Shown here: positions 62,265-64,000 of the stretch, piece after piece | How the letters are laid out: every line of letters begins with the position of its first letter | How positions within the stretch are numbered: the first letter of the stretch is position 1 | Source of the DNA: Plasmodiophora brassicae | Taxonomy: Eukaryota | Length of the DNA stretch: 64,000 nucleotides | Direction of reading: 5' to 3' | NCBI GenBank assembly: GCA_036867785.1 | Contig: CP145409.1 | Coordinates: 1,116,001 to 1,180,000 of the forward strand | Program-made: the position numbers and the translations under genes | Notes under the pieces: model-generated | What the model was told of the DNA's origin: nothing | Seen by the model: only the letters and a program-made list of their open reading frames with translations | Database searches by the model: none

Positions 62265-63560
62265 ATGCGGGTGGTCGTTGCAGCGAACGCGCTGAAGGAG
62301 TGCCTGTCGGCGGGGCGGGCCTGCGAGGCGATCGCGTCCGGGTGCGAGCGCGCCGGCGCGGAAACGATCAGGGTGCCGCTGGCGGACGGCGGCGACGGGT
62401 CGGGCGAGATCCTGCACGGCGCCGTCGGCGGCGAATGGAGATCCGTCGATGTGCACGGGCCGACCGGCCGGATCGTGCCAGCCCGGTACGTTTGGGATGA
62501 GCGGACCCGGACGGCGCTGATCGAGATGGCGAGGGCGAGCGGGCTGGCGCTGCTCACTGATGATGAAAAGGACCCGATGCAAACGTCGACGACCGGCGTC
62601 GGGGAATTGCTGCTTGACGCCGCCTCGCTGTCCCCCGAGTCGATCATCGTCTGCGTCGGCGGGTCGGCGACCAACGACGGCGGTGCCGGGATGGCACACG
62701 CTCTCGGTTACAGATTCGTCGGCGACAATGGCGAAGACGTGACCCCAACGGGAGGCGCGCTCCGCAACGTCCGCGAATGTGTCGCGCCTGTCGATCGTTC
62801 CGCGATCGATGCGATCCGGCGCGCGAACGTGACGGTCGCCGTCGACACCGACGCGACCTTGGTTGGTCCCCGCGGGGCGACGGCCATGTTTGCCCGCCAG
62901 AAAGGTATTCCATTGCGGCGCGCGCCTGGGGCGACCTGTCTCGTGTGTCTCGCGCTGACCGTTGCGCAGGCGCAAAGCAGGGCGACGTGGAGGCGCTCGA
63001 GCGTGGCCTCGGCCGGTTAGCGTCGATCTGGAAGGGATCGGCAGAGTTCGGCCACGCCGATCTCTTGCAAGTGGCCGGTGCGGGTGCGGCTGGGGGCCTG
63101 GCCGCCGGCCTCATGGCCTATTGTGGCGGGCGGCTGCGTGGCGGGTTCGAGCTGATCGCGTCGCACGTCGGCCTCGACGATGCGGTTCGTCGGGCCGACC
63201 TGGTCATCACGGCGGAGGGCATGGTCGATTGTACCGCCGGAAAGGTTCGCCCCCCCGTGTCGCGTGATGTATTACCACACGCGGTTGACGACGCCGACGA
63301 CGTGCCAGGTCCCTTGGGAAGTTGCCCGGGTCTGCGCTGGCCACAACGTTCCTTGCGCGATGCTGACGGGGTCGCTGCCCCCCGGCCCCGTCCTCGCTCG
63401 CCTGGAACGTGCGGCAACGGCGGGTGTCTTTTCCATTGCACCTGGGCCGATATCGCTCCAAGAGTCCAAGGAACGCGCCGAGGCCCTGCTGTCAACAACG
63501 GCCGCGCAGGTGGTGCGATGCTTCCGAAGCGGAATGAATCGCCGTTCTGCATTGCCATAG
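62265..63560 (+). CDS. glxK: Glycerate kinase, GlxK/GarK (class I) family, 3 exons
   Basis: MRVVVAANALKECLSA; PLADGGDG; IEMARASGL; VGGSATNDGGAG; GPRGATAMFARQK; GAGAAGGL; ADLVITAEG; GKVP. Confidence 0.92.
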
Positions 63561-64000
63561 CCCTTGTTACGGACCGGGGTAGCGGGGGGGACTGACCAGA
63601 AACGCTCGGCCAGTAGCGTTGTCAGTGACGAGCGTTGTCGCCTCGCCCCATACACAATGACTGCTAGCCATGGCAACGCGCCCCGGTTCTGCTTGTGACG
63701 CGCATCGCGACAGATTCGCTGGGCGACATATCGGAGCGGCGGCGGAAGCAGCTGAGCACGTGACTGGGGGAGGGAGGCAACGTATCGTAGCCCTGGTCAC
63801 GTGGGCTCGGTGTTCGCTATGTGACTGCTAACGACCCGTTGGCAGCTCGGTACGGCGACAAACTACGAACAACACCAACGCGAGAGCGGGCGCCGTTGTG
63901 CACGTGCGCGCTAGGGAAGCGGTTGGAGCCCCCGTCCCGTGCGCGTTATGCCCCTGTCGGAACACCTGGAGCCGTATTTCGACGGCGAGATGATTGCCCT

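Noticed and set aside
41098-62975. Numerous long antisense or shadow ORFs over DRC10, lectin, Sec14, BDP1 and glxK
   Set aside because: Expected by-product of high GC3 codon bias, with no independent motifs.

Overview
Compact, GC-rich eukaryotic genomic DNA with about 38 protein-coding genes. Introns are very short (about 50-60 nt, GT-AG) and intergenic gaps are tiny. Flagellar genes (DNAH1-like dynein heavy chain over about 15.5 kb, DRC10/IQCD, ODA-DC2, an SCLT1/CEP89-like coiled-coil) point to a flagellated protist. The style fits a phytomyxid such as Plasmodiophora, but that assignment is inference only. Most genes are housekeeping (SUCLG1, PFDN3, UFD1, PSMG4, RPL7A, makorin, NOP10, APC10, CysRS, Sec14, BDP1, TBC GAP). 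Unusual structures: (1) a near-perfect foldback of a Ty1/Copia RNase H + polypurine-tract segment with ~385-bp arms, lying between two divergent genes; (2) a five-copy direct/inverted MITE-like cluster and a second decayed foldback upstream of the dynein; (3) an orphan, degenerate Vint-type Hint domain; (4) a piggyBac-type Cys-rich domain relic; (5) a 33-bp tandem array in a bidirectional promoter; (6) a decayed partial gene duplicate. Candidate host-interaction or bacterial-like genes: a secreted 7x SUEL lectin, a stand-alone Gsp-amidase-type CHAP protein, a PaiA-like GNAT, a PLDc_N-like micro-protein, a GaaA-like galacturonate reductase and a GlxK glycerate kinase. No rRNA, tRNA or CRISPR array was found. 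All family calls come from motif recognition by eye, not from database searches, and multi-exon gene boundaries are hand-inferred.
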